Virus record (IMG/VR): IMGVR_UViG_3300032313_001035
Reading direction: 5' to 3' (one strand)
Length of the DNA: 64,000 nt
From: a virus
Shown: positions 16,356-27,042 of the stretch, piece by piece
Layout of the letters: every line of letters starts with the position of its first letter
Numbering within the stretch: position 1 is the stretch's first letter
Notes under the pieces: model-generated
The model's database searches: none
The model's input: the letters and a program-made list of their open reading frames with translations, nothing else
What the model was told of the DNA's origin: nothing
Made by a program: the position numbers and the translations under genes

Positions 16356-16994
16356 TTATTGATATCCAAATGCTTCTAGTGAATATTTAAAAGGATTATT
16401 TGGTAATTGTCGGATTTGTTGTAACATTTCTTCAGCAACCATTCTGGTCTCAAGTTGGGTATCGGATTTCAATCTCAATCCCCAGAAATGAAAATAAGCT
16501 AGTAAACTACCTGTCCAAATAAATTGTGTTTCTAATGCTAGTGGAAGTATAATTCTAGCTTGTTCCTTAGCTACACCAGCTTCACACAACTCAGAATAAA
16601 GAGATGCACCGTCTTGAATATGTTGTTCTATTTTTTCTAAAAGATCTTGTCTTTCTAAAAATCCTTCACTTCCTTGTTTAGAAGATTTTGATTGTTTTCG
16701 AAGATGATCAATTTTCCAGTATTTGTCACTGAAATCAACATATCTACCACTAATACTATTCGCCGATAAACCTACCTGATGTTTAAACAATTGCCTTTCT
16801 ACGAAGATAGGACATTCGATTCTGAATTGTAATTGTGGATGTCTGAATGGGGCAGTATGCTTATGTTCAACAAGATATTTGATAAGTTTAGCATCTTTGT
16901 CATCAAATAGTTCTTTTATTTTACCGTAACTAACACGTGCAGCATTCACAACCATCAGGTCGTCTCCAAAGTAATTTATTAATTCAATTTTCAT
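16356..16994 (-). CDS. thyX: Flavin-dependent thymidylate synthase
   Basis: VNAARVSY, HTAPFRH, RQLFKH...NSISGRY, EQARIILP. Confidence 0.95.
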   Translation of the reverse strand: MKIELINYFGDDLMVVNAARVSYGKIKELFDDKDAKLIKYLVEHKHTAPFRHPQLQFRIECPIFVERQLFKHQVGLSANSISGRYVDFSDKYWKIDHLRKQSKSSKQGSEGFLERQDLLEKIEQHIQDGASLYSELCEAGVAKEQARIILPLALETQFIWTGSLLAYFHFWGLRLKSDTQLETRMVAEEMLQQIRQLPNNPFKYSLEAFGYQ

Positions 16995-17051
16995 TATTTT
17001 TATAGCAAATATAATAACATTATATCTATCGTTGTCAAGTTAAATAATAGT

Positions 17052-17459
17052 ATGTCCACTATTAATAAAAAAATATTTCCTGATGATGTCGAATTAAAAG
17101 ATATGGGTATCTACAATGGAACTAGAAAATTTAAACTTTTAAAAGATTTTCGTTGCTTTTATAATGATCATAAAATCATTGTTAAAAAAGGATTCATCAC
17201 AGATGGCGTATCTTCACCAAAATTTGCATGGCCCGTTGTAGGACCATTTGGAAACGCCTTCACTGCTGCATTAGTCCATGATTGGTGCTTCTCACCATAT
17301 AATAATAAATATTCTTGGAAAGAATCAAATTGGCTGTTTCTAGAACTAATGAAAGAATCGGGAGTTGGATTCGCCATGAGATGGGCTATTTACAGCGCTG
17401 TCGTGGCGGGATCGTTTCCAATGTGGCTAAACAGATTTGAAAAATATGGACTCAAATAA
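17052..17459 (+). CDS. DUF1353 family protein
   Basis: KGFITDGVSSP...AALVHDW. Confidence 0.8.
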   Translation: MSTINKKIFPDDVELKDMGIYNGTRKFKLLKDFRCFYNDHKIIVKKGFITDGVSSPKFAWPVVGPFGNAFTAALVHDWCFSPYNNKYSWKESNWLFLELMKESGVGFAMRWAIYSAVVAGSFPMWLNRFEKYGLK

Positions 17460-18222
17460 TAAAAAAGATTTGATAGAACGTGCTCAACGTTTACTAGGAG
17501 TCAGCGCAGATGGTGTCGCTGGAAACACAACATGGCGAGCAATTGAGGGTCGAATTACTGGCAATAACTTAGGCGTTAATAATAAACAACGCATAATTAA
17601 TGTTCAAAGATTTTTAAAATTAAAAGATGATGGTGTTGATGGTCTGATCACATGGAACGCTATTCTGAATGAATTATCTAATATTCCAGCATCTACTCCA
17701 GTGATTAAACAAAATGGTAATTATCCCGAAACGGTTCGATTTTCAAAACAAACTAATGGTCAAAATGCTCAACGCATAACACCATCTGCGATTGTGTTAC
17801 ATCATACCAGCGGTAACTATGAAGGTTCTATTGAATGGACAAATAGAATTTACAACGAGAAAGGCGGTAGATTATATGGTTCTTATCATTGCATCATCGC
17901 CAGAGACGGAAGAAGGACGATTACAAATTCAGACACAAACAGAGCGTATCATGCAGGACCTTCTAAATTTAAAGGCAAAACTAATTTAAATAATTGGTCT
18001 TTGGGTGTAGCATGGGAGCGTGATACTTACAGCGATCCTTTATCAGATGCCGCTATTGAAAGTGCCTTGGAATATATTTTACCAAGAATGAAAAAGTGGG
18101 GGATCAACCCCGATAGTGTTACTGATCATAGAACAGTTGCACCTAATCGAAAAGATGATTTAGCTCCTAAAGAATATGCGAAGTTTATGAAAATACTTCG
18201 TGAACGATGGAATAAATATTAA
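17446..18222 (+). CDS. Endolysin: N-acetylmuramoyl-L-alanine amidase with two PG-binding-like repeats
   Basis: ADGVAGNTTW / DDGVDGLITW repeats; IVLHHT, SYHCII, RAYHAG, DHRTVAPNRKDD. Confidence 0.9.
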   Translation: MDSNNKKDLIERAQRLLGVSADGVAGNTTWRAIEGRITGNNLGVNNKQRIINVQRFLKLKDDGVDGLITWNAILNELSNIPASTPVIKQNGNYPETVRFSKQTNGQNAQRITPSAIVLHHTSGNYEGSIEWTNRIYNEKGGRLYGSYHCIIARDGRRTITNSDTNRAYHAGPSKFKGKTNLNNWSLGVAWERDTYSDPLSDAAIESALEYILPRMKKWGINPDSVTDHRTVAPNRKDDLAPKEYAKFMKILRERWNKY

Positions 18223-18524
18223 TTTAATCTTTGTTTTATTTTTGATAAGGCTAAACGAACCGCATTATGTTCGGATGAGTCGCCCTCGAATTCTTTTTCC
18301 ACTTCCTCAATAATTTCGAGAATGTTTACGGGTTCTTCTTCCTGTTCGCCATATACATGAGATGTTACCATTGGTGGCGCGACACCTATAGTCTGTTTAT
18401 TGTAAGAAAGTTTGGTTCCAGCGCTTTGAGGGATTTCTTGATTTTTTACTCTTTGTGGAGCGTTAAAACCAGTTTGATATTCTAAAATTAAATCAGAATA
18501 TATGTTTTGTAAAAATTTATCCAT
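18219..18524 (-). CDS. Hypothetical late protein
   Basis: TAAATA-N5-ATG at 18524. Confidence 0.7.
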   Translation of the reverse strand: MDKFLQNIYSDLILEYQTGFNAPQRVKNQEIPQSAGTKLSYNKQTIGVAPPMVTSHVYGEQEEEPVNILEIIEEVEKEFEGDSSEHNAVRLALSKIKQRLN

Positions 18525-18572
18525 AATATTATTTAATTTGCAATTCAAAAAAATCATGTTATATAATATATT

Positions 18573-19181
18573 ATGAATGTTTTGTCCGACAAATATGCCG
18601 TTGGTATTTCTTTAGACGATAGTGAAGAAGTAGAAATCGATGGTGCTTTAACGATTGAAATTATATCGAATAAAATTTTATTCTATGGTGATATTACTGA
18701 ATCTAATATGCTCCAACTTAATAAAAATCTTTTTATATTGGATGCAAAACTCCAACGTCTTAAACATTCACTCGATGGTTATGAACCTGTTATAGAATTA
18801 CATTTGAATACTTTCGGTGGTTCAGTGTATGCAGCGTTGGCAACCGTTGACACCATTCGCAATTTAAAGACTAAGGTTCACACATATGTTGATGGTAGTG
18901 TTGCTTCTGCTGGAACATTGATAAGCATAATAGGTGAAAAAAGATTTATGGGTAGCCACGCCTACCTATTGATACATCAATTGAGTGATGGTATGTATGG
19001 TAAATTTCAAGAGATGGCTGATACAATGTATAATTGTACCAATCTCATGAACATGTTAAAAAATTATTATAAAAAATATACCAAAATCCCAATGAAAAAA
19101 TTTGATGATTTAATTAAAAAAGATATTTGGCTATCTGCTGAAGAATGTCTTCAATATGGTATTATCGACGAAATTATCTAA
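18573..19181 (+). CDS. clpP: ClpP-like protease subunit
   Basis: LNTFGGSV, VASAGT, LIHQLS, DIWLSAEECLQYGIID. Confidence 0.88.
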   Translation: MNVLSDKYAVGISLDDSEEVEIDGALTIEIISNKILFYGDITESNMLQLNKNLFILDAKLQRLKHSLDGYEPVIELHLNTFGGSVYAALATVDTIRNLKTKVHTYVDGSVASAGTLISIIGEKRFMGSHAYLLIHQLSDGMYGKFQEMADTMYNCTNLMNMLKNYYKKYTKIPMKKFDDLIKKDIWLSAEECLQYGIIDEII

Positions 19182-19287
19182 ACATTGTTCTTGCTTTTTT
19201 CGATCCAATATGCTAATATTTAGCACATCGAACAAGAAAACCAGAATATGACAAACATCATTTTCTGGGGCTAAATAATAGACGATT

Positions 19288-20262
19288 ATGAGTATTTACG
19301 ACGAACAAATTAGTAGAAAACCAAACAAATATCCTTGGACAGAACAATTCATTAAAGTTATGCATGATGGCTTTTGGACTGATAAAGAATTCAGTTTCAA
19401 AACAGACCTACACCAATTTAAAACCGCACTGAACGATAAAGAGCGCGAAATCATCGTCAGAACTTTATCCGCTATTGGGCAAATTGAAGTTGCTGTTAAG
19501 ACATTTTGGGCTAAACTAGGAGAGAATTTACCACATCCATCTTTGTCAGATCTCGGTTACGTGATGGCTAATGTTGAAGTCATACACAATAATGCATATG
19601 AGCGTCTATTGTCCGTTTTGGACATGGAAGATATTTTTGAAGAAAATCTTAAATTGGAGTGGATTCAAGGACGTGTAAAATATCTTAAAAAATATACTCA
19701 CCGTTTCTACAAAGATTCGAAGAAGCAATATCTCTATGCCCTTATTTTATTCACACTTTTTGTTGAAAACGTTTCACTATTTTCACAATTTTATATTATC
19801 AATTGGTTTGCTAAGAATAAAAATGTTTTGAAAGATACTGACCAACAAGTTCGTTATACGAGAAATGAAGAAGCTATTCATGCCATGGTTGGTATGAAAA
19901 TTATCAACACCATTCGCGAAGAACATCCTGAGTTATTTGACGAAGAATTGGAGGAGCGTATCGCACATGAATCAGAACAGGCGTTTTTAGCAGAAAGTAA
20001 AATCATTGATTGGATGGTCAATGGTATTGACGAGAATGGTTTATCTGCACCTATTCTTAAGGAATTTATAAAAAACCGAATAAATGAATCATTGGCGGGT
20101 ATCGGATTCAAAAAAGTATTCGATGTTGATCAGACTTTGTTGGACGAAACATTCTGGTTTGACGAGCAAGTATTAGCACCAAACATGACCGACTTCTTCA
20201 ATTCGCGTCCAGTTGAATACGCTAAGAACTCACAATCTTACGACGAAGACGAATTATTTTAA
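19288..20262 (+). CDS. nrdB: Ribonucleotide reductase class I beta subunit
   Basis: EVIHNNAY, VENVSLFSQF, NEEAIH, DFF. Confidence 0.95.
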   Translation: MSIYDEQISRKPNKYPWTEQFIKVMHDGFWTDKEFSFKTDLHQFKTALNDKEREIIVRTLSAIGQIEVAVKTFWAKLGENLPHPSLSDLGYVMANVEVIHNNAYERLLSVLDMEDIFEENLKLEWIQGRVKYLKKYTHRFYKDSKKQYLYALILFTLFVENVSLFSQFYIINWFAKNKNVLKDTDQQVRYTRNEEAIHAMVGMKIINTIREEHPELFDEELEERIAHESEQAFLAESKIIDWMVNGIDENGLSAPILKEFIKNRINESLAGIGFKKVFDVDQTLLDETFWFDEQVLAPNMTDFFNSRPVEYAKNSQSYDEDELF

Positions 20263-20265
20263 TAT

Positions 20266-21918
20266 ATGACAAGAGACAAATACTATTGGTTAAATGATGA
20301 CTCCATTAAATTTTTGGAGAGAGGATATCTAGAAGAAGGACAAACACCTTTATCTAGAATTGAGAAGATCGCGTTAACAGCGCAAAATATTTTAGGTATT
20401 GAGGGATTCGCTGATAAGTTTATGGACTACATGGCTCGTGGCTATTATAGTCTCGCGACACCTGTCTGGATGAACTTTGGTAATAAAAGAGGCAACCCAA
20501 TCTCCTGTTTTAATAGCCACGTTGGAGACAGTATAGAAGACTTCTTGATCAAACAGGCAGAAGTCGGTATGATGACAAAAGTTGGCGGTGGCACTTCTGG
20601 ATACTTTGGCGATATTAGACCACGTGGTTCTAAAATTAGCACAGGTGGAACAGCAGAGGGCGCAGTCCGCTGTATGGAGCTATTTGACACCGTTACTAGT
20701 ATTGTGAGCCAAGGTAGCGCTAGACGTGGCAGTTTCGCAGCTTATCTACCAATTGATCATGGTGACTTTGACGAATTTATGAAGATTCGTTCTGAGGGTC
20801 ATCCCATTCAAGAAATGTCTATCGGTGTAACAATTCCTGAAGGATGGATGCAATCGATGATTGAAGGTGATAAAGAAAAACGCCGCCGATGGGCAGCGGT
20901 AATTAAAAAGCGTTCCGAAACAGGATACCCATATATTTTCTTTACAGATAATGCTAATAATAATAAACCACAAGTTTATAAAGATAAAGGTTATCAACTC
21001 AACGCATCCAATTTGTGTTCAGAAATTTTCTTACCATCTACAAAAGACGAGTCGTTTGTTTGCTGCTTATCTTCGTTGAATTTATTGTGGTGGGATGAAA
21101 TCAAAGAAACAGATGCTGTCGAAACTTTGGTTATGTTCTTGGATGCTGTGATGTCAGAATTCATCGAGAAAACTAAAGACGATAGACTCATGGAAGCTGC
21201 TTATAGGTTTGCTAAGAACCACAGAGCATTGGGTATGGGCGTTTTGGGTTATCATAGTTATTTACAATCCAAAATGATCCCATGGGAAAGCGTGGATGCT
21301 CATTTCGAAAATATATCTATCTTTTCAACGATTCGTGAACGTGCTGATAAAGCTACTGAATTATTAGCCGAAAAATTTGGCGAACCTGAAGTTCTCAAAG
21401 GTTATGGTCGTAGAAACACTACAACTATTGCCATTGCACCTACTACATCAAGTAGTTTCATTTTGGGTCAAGTCAGCCCAAGTATTGAACCGTTGAATAG
21501 TAATTACTTCGTGAAAAATCTCGCCAAAGGAAACTTTACATATCGTAATCCAAAATTGGTTGAAGTGTTGAACGAAAAAGGTAAAGACAATAAAGAAGTC
21601 TGGAAAAGTATTCTGATTCATGGTGGTAGTGTGCAACATTTGGATTTCCTGACACAAAATGAAAAGGATGTTTTCAAAACATTCGCAGAACTTTCGCAGA
21701 AAGAAGTCGTTATTCATGCTGCACAAAGACAACAATTTATTGATCAAGGTCAATCACTGAATGTGATGATTCCTGCAAATACCAAGCCGAAAGAAATTAA
21801 TGAACTAATGATTTTTGCTTGGGAAAACGGAATCAAATCTTTGTATTATCAAAGAAGCTCCAACCCATCTCAAGATTTGGCTCGATCCATTCTGACGTGT
21901 AAATCATGTGAAGGATGA
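20266..21918 (+). CDS. nrdA: Ribonucleotide reductase class I alpha subunit (no ATP cone)
   Basis: PISCF, SNLCSEI, APTTSSS, KSLYYQR, C-terminal CKSC. Confidence 0.95.
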   Translation: MTRDKYYWLNDDSIKFLERGYLEEGQTPLSRIEKIALTAQNILGIEGFADKFMDYMARGYYSLATPVWMNFGNKRGNPISCFNSHVGDSIEDFLIKQAEVGMMTKVGGGTSGYFGDIRPRGSKISTGGTAEGAVRCMELFDTVTSIVSQGSARRGSFAAYLPIDHGDFDEFMKIRSEGHPIQEMSIGVTIPEGWMQSMIEGDKEKRRRWAAVIKKRSETGYPYIFFTDNANNNKPQVYKDKGYQLNASNLCSEIFLPSTKDESFVCCLSSLNLLWWDEIKETDAVETLVMFLDAVMSEFIEKTKDDRLMEAAYRFAKNHRALGMGVLGYHSYLQSKMIPWESVDAHFENISIFSTIRERADKATELLAEKFGEPEVLKGYGRRNTTTIAIAPTTSSSFILGQVSPSIEPLNSNYFVKNLAKGNFTYRNPKLVEVLNEKGKDNKEVWKSILIHGGSVQHLDFLTQNEKDVFKTFAELSQKEVVIHAAQRQQFIDQGQSLNVMIPANTKPKEINELMIFAWENGIKSLYYQRSSNPSQDLARSILTCKSCEG

Positions 21919-23691
21919 TTATGATCCTCTAGGATATTTCTTCTCATGAACTTGAGGATACGCAATGGCAACGGAATTATGTCTATTAATTCCGTTGTTT
22001 TGTGCCTCTTTTCTGACACCACTATTCGATTTTGTCAGGTTCAATGGTAAATTATTGAAATGATGTCCATGTGGAGGCGATTCAATAATATCAGGAGTAG
22101 GTAAAGCAAATACGGGCCAAATACCTGCACTACTACCGCTAGGGATAATACATTCACCGATCAATAATGTTCTAGGCACTAAAGTGTTAAATTTACTGAA
22201 AATAATGGTGTCCTCTGTTTGTTGGACTTCTAGAGGGGCTGTGACATGTTGTAGGTATGTTTCACCCTCTACAGATAATCCACCACCCACAATTAAATTA
22301 TTTTTAACACCGAGTGAAGATTCGACGTATACCTGCCTGTCAGTACGTAGTGTTATGGTTTTCAAAGATTGTATCTCAACGCCAGCTTCTGAACCAATAT
22401 GAATACCGTGGGATGCATTCATCATTAGTTGTTTGAATCCGACTCTCATTATAGTGCCACCCATTTCCATGGAACCAGAAGTTTTTAAGGATATGCCGCC
22501 AGAACCAACATTTCTTACGTAAGAATTTCCAACTATTTTAACATCTTTACCGCAGGGAAAATTAGAAGAATTATCAATTTCTTCTAACAGCGGAATATAA
22601 TCGTGATTTTTATATGCACCAGTATCAGAAACTAACATTTCAAATGGCTGACTTCTACCTTTTTCATCAATTTTTACAGATGGGTAGTCATTGAATATCG
22701 CACCGATTGTTTCCAATTTGTTTCTTTTCAAGATGACATGTTCATCGCCACCGTCTCCCATTTTAGATTCTATTTCTGTGAGAATTGGTTGCATTTCTTT
22801 GACGTAATCATCAATTTTTAAAGTATCTGTATCTGTTGCCCATTCACCATTTTCAGTAGCTGCTGAAACTTGAGCACCAAATTCCATAACGCCTGGTGCG
22901 GCAGAACCATTTGCTCCAGCACTTTTAGATATATCGTTTAGAGTTATTTTTTTAGCCGATGGCATCTGACCTATTCTTCTAGAAACAGATGAATAAGAAT
23001 TTACGTCATTATTTAAAAATCCAACCGTTGGTATTTTATCATATCCGCTAAAAATACTCTCAACCGTATATGTTTCTGAGCCTATAACAGGGTTATCAGC
23101 GCGTTTACCTTCGAGTGGTATAGTTTGACCATTCGGTATAGAAATGCCACCACGCTTAATTTTAAATTTAGCATTACCCGCTGCAATAACCGCAAATGCA
23201 TCTTTCCATTCATCATATGCTCTGAGTTCGGTTTCATCTTTAAAACCTTTAAAAATATATGATGTGCCACCAATTCTTTTATTATAATCACCTCCAATAT
23301 ATTCACTACAATCACCTTTGATTGTTTCAAATTTATCATTAGCCACTAATGTTTGTTTGTTGTTAGTGGCTAATTCGGAATTAACTAAATTATTGATGTT
23401 GAAGTTACTACCTGATCTTTGAGATATTTGTATCCCTTCATTATCAGAAGTGTTGTTTATGGTAATAGATGCTCCTCTTTGATTTATAACTAAACGATTA
23501 CGATATGTTTTAGATATTTTAGATAAATTTGAATTATTGGATGATGTTGTATCAGTGCTCGACACTGTATCAACATTTTGTAAATTAGTCGGACACTGAA
23601 TAACTACGCCAGTAGAATTCGAATTACATTTATCATCGAATCCTTTATTATTTTTATTGGTAGTATCTTTTTTGTATTTTTTTGTCGCCAT
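21919..23691 (-). CDS. Baseplate hub/spike protein, gp5 C-terminal-like
   Basis: Beta-helix-like repeats; C-terminal PHGHHF; directly downstream of the gp5 N-terminal gene. Confidence 0.6.
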   Translation of the reverse strand: MATKKYKKDTTNKNNKGFDDKCNSNSTGVVIQCPTNLQNVDTVSSTDTTSSNNSNLSKISKTYRNRLVINQRGASITINNTSDNEGIQISQRSGSNFNINNLVNSELATNNKQTLVANDKFETIKGDCSEYIGGDYNKRIGGTSYIFKGFKDETELRAYDEWKDAFAVIAAGNAKFKIKRGGISIPNGQTIPLEGKRADNPVIGSETYTVESIFSGYDKIPTVGFLNNDVNSYSSVSRRIGQMPSAKKITLNDISKSAGANGSAAPGVMEFGAQVSAATENGEWATDTDTLKIDDYVKEMQPILTEIESKMGDGGDEHVILKRNKLETIGAIFNDYPSVKIDEKGRSQPFEMLVSDTGAYKNHDYIPLLEEIDNSSNFPCGKDVKIVGNSYVRNVGSGGISLKTSGSMEMGGTIMRVGFKQLMMNASHGIHIGSEAGVEIQSLKTITLRTDRQVYVESSLGVKNNLIVGGGLSVEGETYLQHVTAPLEVQQTEDTIIFSKFNTLVPRTLLIGECIIPSGSSAGIWPVFALPTPDIIESPPHGHHFNNLPLNLTKSNSGVRKEAQNNGINRHNSVAIAYPQVHEKKYPRGS

Positions 23692-23693
23692 AA

Positions 23694-24926
23694 TTAGAAA
23701 TTTTCGAAATTATTGGGATAATAGGTTGATGATTTTATATCATTATCTGTTCTATTTATTAATGAAAGACCACGAGCATCTTGGGTGACTCCGAAATAAA
23801 CAGGGAAATTCAAATCTCCCATGTAATGGAAAACCCAAACTTTAGAACCAACTTCTGGTATACCCATAACTCCTTTTGGTTTATTGCCATGATTTTGAGG
23901 TGCGTATCCATAAGAATACGGATTAGCTTTCATACTGGAAGTATCATTTGGCATTCCAAATGCATCACCAACTGCCGTTTTATTAGATTCATATGCGTTG
24001 GCAGGTGATTGTGATAATACGCCGTCTCTACCAACACCATCCAGAGATGGTCGTTGCCATGTCGTTGGATCATTACTACCTCCATCTTTCGGCGGTAATA
24101 CTGATGGCGCATCACTTTCATACGCTGGTATTCCAGTTGTTGCTATTTTATCAGGCGGTGTTTTCTCTGGAATATCAGGAGATTTGCCTAATTTTTGAAA
24201 AGATGTTATCGTGCCGCCCCAAGAATTACTACCATTTTGTTTTCTATAAATGTCTATAGTTGGAGGTAAAGCACCAGTTCTTTTATCGTAAGAGGGGACG
24301 GTATCGGCATATTGCAATGTAAACGTCCCTTTGGTGGTAGTTATTCTGAACCAATCGTTATGTTGTAGTCCCAAAGACGTTGCTAAACTTTTGGTTATTG
24401 CTGCTGATCTTTCATCTGTTAAACGATTGCTGCGATGACCTATACCGTTACTACTATATGTATCGGGAGTGCTATCGGAAGCATATCCATAATTTGATAA
24501 TTTAATCGGTGGTTCAAATTGTGTAACACCACCAACATCTACTAAATTAAGATTATCAGGATTTTCAACATAGCCTTCAGCATAATTACCATCTGACAAT
24601 GTTGCGGTGATAGCCTCACCATCTCTAAATGATCTGGATGATCCCGATTCACCAATCAAAGGATAACAAGGCTCTGCCCATGGTATATTTTCAGCAATTT
24701 TATCTACAATTGCTGGATCACTCCAACTATCAACACCAGGTGCTTTGATATTAATTTCATCTAAAGTTCCTAACCATTCTTCAAACGGTTGATTGGATAG
24801 TTCTGGTACATAAACCTTGACCCTGTTTAATTTCAAAGGATCATCATTTTTTATAACGATACCCCTATAAAATGATTCATCGATTCTTCTAGACTCTACG
24901 CCTGAACCACCACCTCTATTAAACAT
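23694..24926 (-). CDS. gp5 N-terminal OB-fold protein with inserted 3D/DPBB-like domain
   Basis: YRGIVIKNDDPLKLNRVKV..PWAEP and C-terminal IPEVGSKVWVF..GDLNFPVYFG. Confidence 0.75.
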   Translation of the reverse strand: MFNRGGGSGVESRRIDESFYRGIVIKNDDPLKLNRVKVYVPELSNQPFEEWLGTLDEINIKAPGVDSWSDPAIVDKIAENIPWAEPCYPLIGESGSSRSFRDGEAITATLSDGNYAEGYVENPDNLNLVDVGGVTQFEPPIKLSNYGYASDSTPDTYSSNGIGHRSNRLTDERSAAITKSLATSLGLQHNDWFRITTTKGTFTLQYADTVPSYDKRTGALPPTIDIYRKQNGSNSWGGTITSFQKLGKSPDIPEKTPPDKIATTGIPAYESDAPSVLPPKDGGSNDPTTWQRPSLDGVGRDGVLSQSPANAYESNKTAVGDAFGMPNDTSSMKANPYSYGYAPQNHGNKPKGVMGIPEVGSKVWVFHYMGDLNFPVYFGVTQDARGLSLINRTDNDIKSSTYYPNNFENF

Positions 24927-25007
24927 ATAATATTATTTAATAGTAGAAAATATTATTCAACTATCATGTGTTATAGTATAAAAATATAGACGAAATATGT
25001 CTATAAA

Positions 25008-25460
25008 TTAATATCCCAGCAATCTTTTTCTACGAGTTTCGGGAATCGATACCGAAATAGTTTCCGAAAATGCCGAAGTAGGAACTGTAGTAACAGTGCT
25101 AAGGAATGGGAACAACGAAAAAGTATTATCATTATTCACAATAGCCATCGTGGTATTATGTAAAGAGGATGGAATATTGAATACAGAACCGAGCACATTC
25201 ACAGTGACATTAGGAAAACTAGCAAGCGAGAAGGAGGATGCTGTATTAACGGTGGTTCCAATTGAAACTTCAATTGGGGTGAAGGCTAACCCAATATCAG
25301 AAGTAGAGAGGGATACTGTTCCGAGTTGACGCGATGCAACAACAACAGAATCACCAGAAAGATAGGTAACACCAGTAGCTGATAGAACAGCATTTGTAAT
25401 GTTGGGAGTGCCTGTTTTTTGTGCGGAGAGAATATTGGAAGAGAATGTATAGATGCTCAT
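25008..25460 (-). CDS. Ser/Thr-rich late protein, possible capsid decoration
   Basis: Own late promoter at 25466-25471; downstream of gp23. Confidence 0.6.
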   Translation of the reverse strand: MSIYTFSSNILSAQKTGTPNITNAVLSATGVTYLSGDSVVVASRQLGTVSLSTSDIGLAFTPIEVSIGTTVNTASSFSLASFPNVTVNVLGSVFNIPSSLHNTTMAIVNNDNTFSLFPFLSTVTTVPTSAFSETISVSIPETRRKRLLGY

Positions 25461-25505
25461 GATATTATTTAGTATTTTTTTGCAAATTTATTTGTGTTGA
25501 TAATT

Positions 25506-25550
25506 AAAAACGAGGAAACCCGAGGTTCTTCGGCACCTCGGGTTTCAAAA
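25506..25550 (-). terminator. Terminator downstream of the major capsid gene
   Basis: Perfect 11-bp inverted repeat GAAACCCGAGG/CCTCGGGTTTC with a T-run downstream on the minus strand. Confidence 0.8.
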
Positions 25551-25581
25551 ATTGATGTAGCTAACTGCTTAGTTACTATGC

Positions 25582-27042
25582 TTACAGGTAGGTAGAAACC
25601 GAACCGGGTGTAAACGCAGTACCGAGACCTTTAACGATGATCAAGTGGTAGTAAAGATTAGCACCGAAAATGTTATTCACGATACCATAGCGGGTCATAA
25701 GACCAACGCGAGGCGCGAAATCATTCGGACCAATCGTTCTCTGCACCATAATGGGGATATATGGGCAGTAGATAATACCAGTGTCATAGTATTCAGAACC
25801 TTTGTAACCCAACAGAGCATACTCAACACCAGCACCACTGTTAGGTGAGTTAGTGTAGTAATTGTCTCTGTAAAGAGTAGTGTTCTGAACTTCAGTCCGA
25901 GTATCACGATAAACCGTCCAGCGGCTACCAACAGTACCAACTTTCGACACACCTACGCCAGCCGTGGAAACGGTTCCACCAACTTCAAATACTTTGAAGT
26001 CAGGAAGCATTTCAAGGATGCTGCAAACACGTGGGGTAGCGATAACAAAGTTAGCAGCACCTCTACGGTTACGAGCAGCCATACGACCACTTTCGATGAG
26101 CAAGCGTTGATAGAAGGTAAGATTTCTTTCAGCAGTCCAACGACCATCCGCACTAACAGGGCTCCAAATGGAGAAACCTGCACCAGCCCCAGCATTGAAG
26201 GCTGTTTGGATCATGCGCATCACAACTTCACGGTCGATTTCGGCTTGGATCTCATACGACATAGCATTCGTAAGTTCACCATCGATATCGATACCGTTCA
26301 TGTTTTTGATGTCTTGCTCCAGTTCAACCGACCAACGAGTAGCCAATCTACGTGTTCCAGCAACAACAGCGGATTTGTCGAACTTAAGCTCGATTTGAGG
26401 GATTTTGCCCGTCAATTCGTAATTGCTCAGAAGTTCAGCAATACCACGGTCTTGATCAGCGAACGTCCACTCGGCATGACCCGAAAGGAAGTCGGCAGAT
26501 GTGCCAGTAAAGCGTGTATCCAGAAGTTGATAACCAAGCTCGTCGCTAGGAAGATCAGCACCACCAGTGTAAGCACTGGAACCGTTCGCACGATTGGTGG
26601 AAGTGGTGGATTTACCATCAATACCATCAGCACCAAGGGTATCACCTTGATAAGCGTAACGAAGGGCAAAGGCAAGACCAACAGGTCCGCCCATAGGCTG
26701 AACACCAACGATTTCGTTGGAGATCAATTCAGGGAAAGTGCGTCGAATCATAGGAATCAGAATCTTGGGCAGACGAGCATCACCGCTAGCATAGCTATCG
26801 GTATTAGCGATACCATTACCAACGGGTTGCAACGATGCGCCAAACACGCCGTTAGTACCAGCGTTGTTAGACTCTTGAAAGCACCACTGTTCTTGGTTCT
26901 CCAGAAGCATAGCGGTAGTCTTATAAACGTGTTCGTTTTGGATAGCAGGAATCGAGTTCGAGCTATAGTCCAAAACTTTACGCCATTTATTGACTGCGTA
27001 TTGCATTTTTGAAGTGTTTATATCAGATTGTGGGATATTCAT
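25582..27042 (-). CDS. gp23: Major capsid protein
   Basis: TAMLLENQE, IVGVQPMGGPVGLAFALR, TRRL..RWSVELEQD, YCPYIP, GLMTRYG. Confidence 0.97.
   Translation of the reverse strand: MNIPQSDINTSKMQYAVNKWRKVLDYSSNSIPAIQNEHVYKTTAMLLENQEQWCFQESNNAGTNGVFGASLQPVGNGIANTDSYASGDARLPKILIPMIRRTFPELISNEIVGVQPMGGPVGLAFALRYAYQGDTLGADGIDGKSTTSTNRANGSSAYTGGADLPSDELGYQLLDTRFTGTSADFLSGHAEWTFADQDRGIAELLSNYELTGKIPQIELKFDKSAVVAGTRRLATRWSVELEQDIKNMNGIDIDGELTNAMSYEIQAEIDREVVMRMIQTAFNAGAGAGFSIWSPVSADGRWTAERNLTFYQRLLIESGRMAARNRRGAANFVIATPRVCSILEMLPDFKVFEVGGTVSTAGVGVSKVGTVGSRWTVYRDTRTEVQNTTLYRDNYYTNSPNSGAGVEYALLGYKGSEYYDTGIIYCPYIPIMVQRTIGPNDFAPRVGLMTRYGIVNNIFGANLYYHLIIVKGLGTAFTPGSVSTYL

Noticed and set aside
19288-21918. 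Intron or intein in nrdA/nrdB
   Set aside because: Both ORFs are continuous and compact with no splicing motifs.
26107-27012. 301-aa ORF antisense to gp23
   Set aside because: Typical antisense shadow of a codon-biased gene; no promoter or recognisable motifs.
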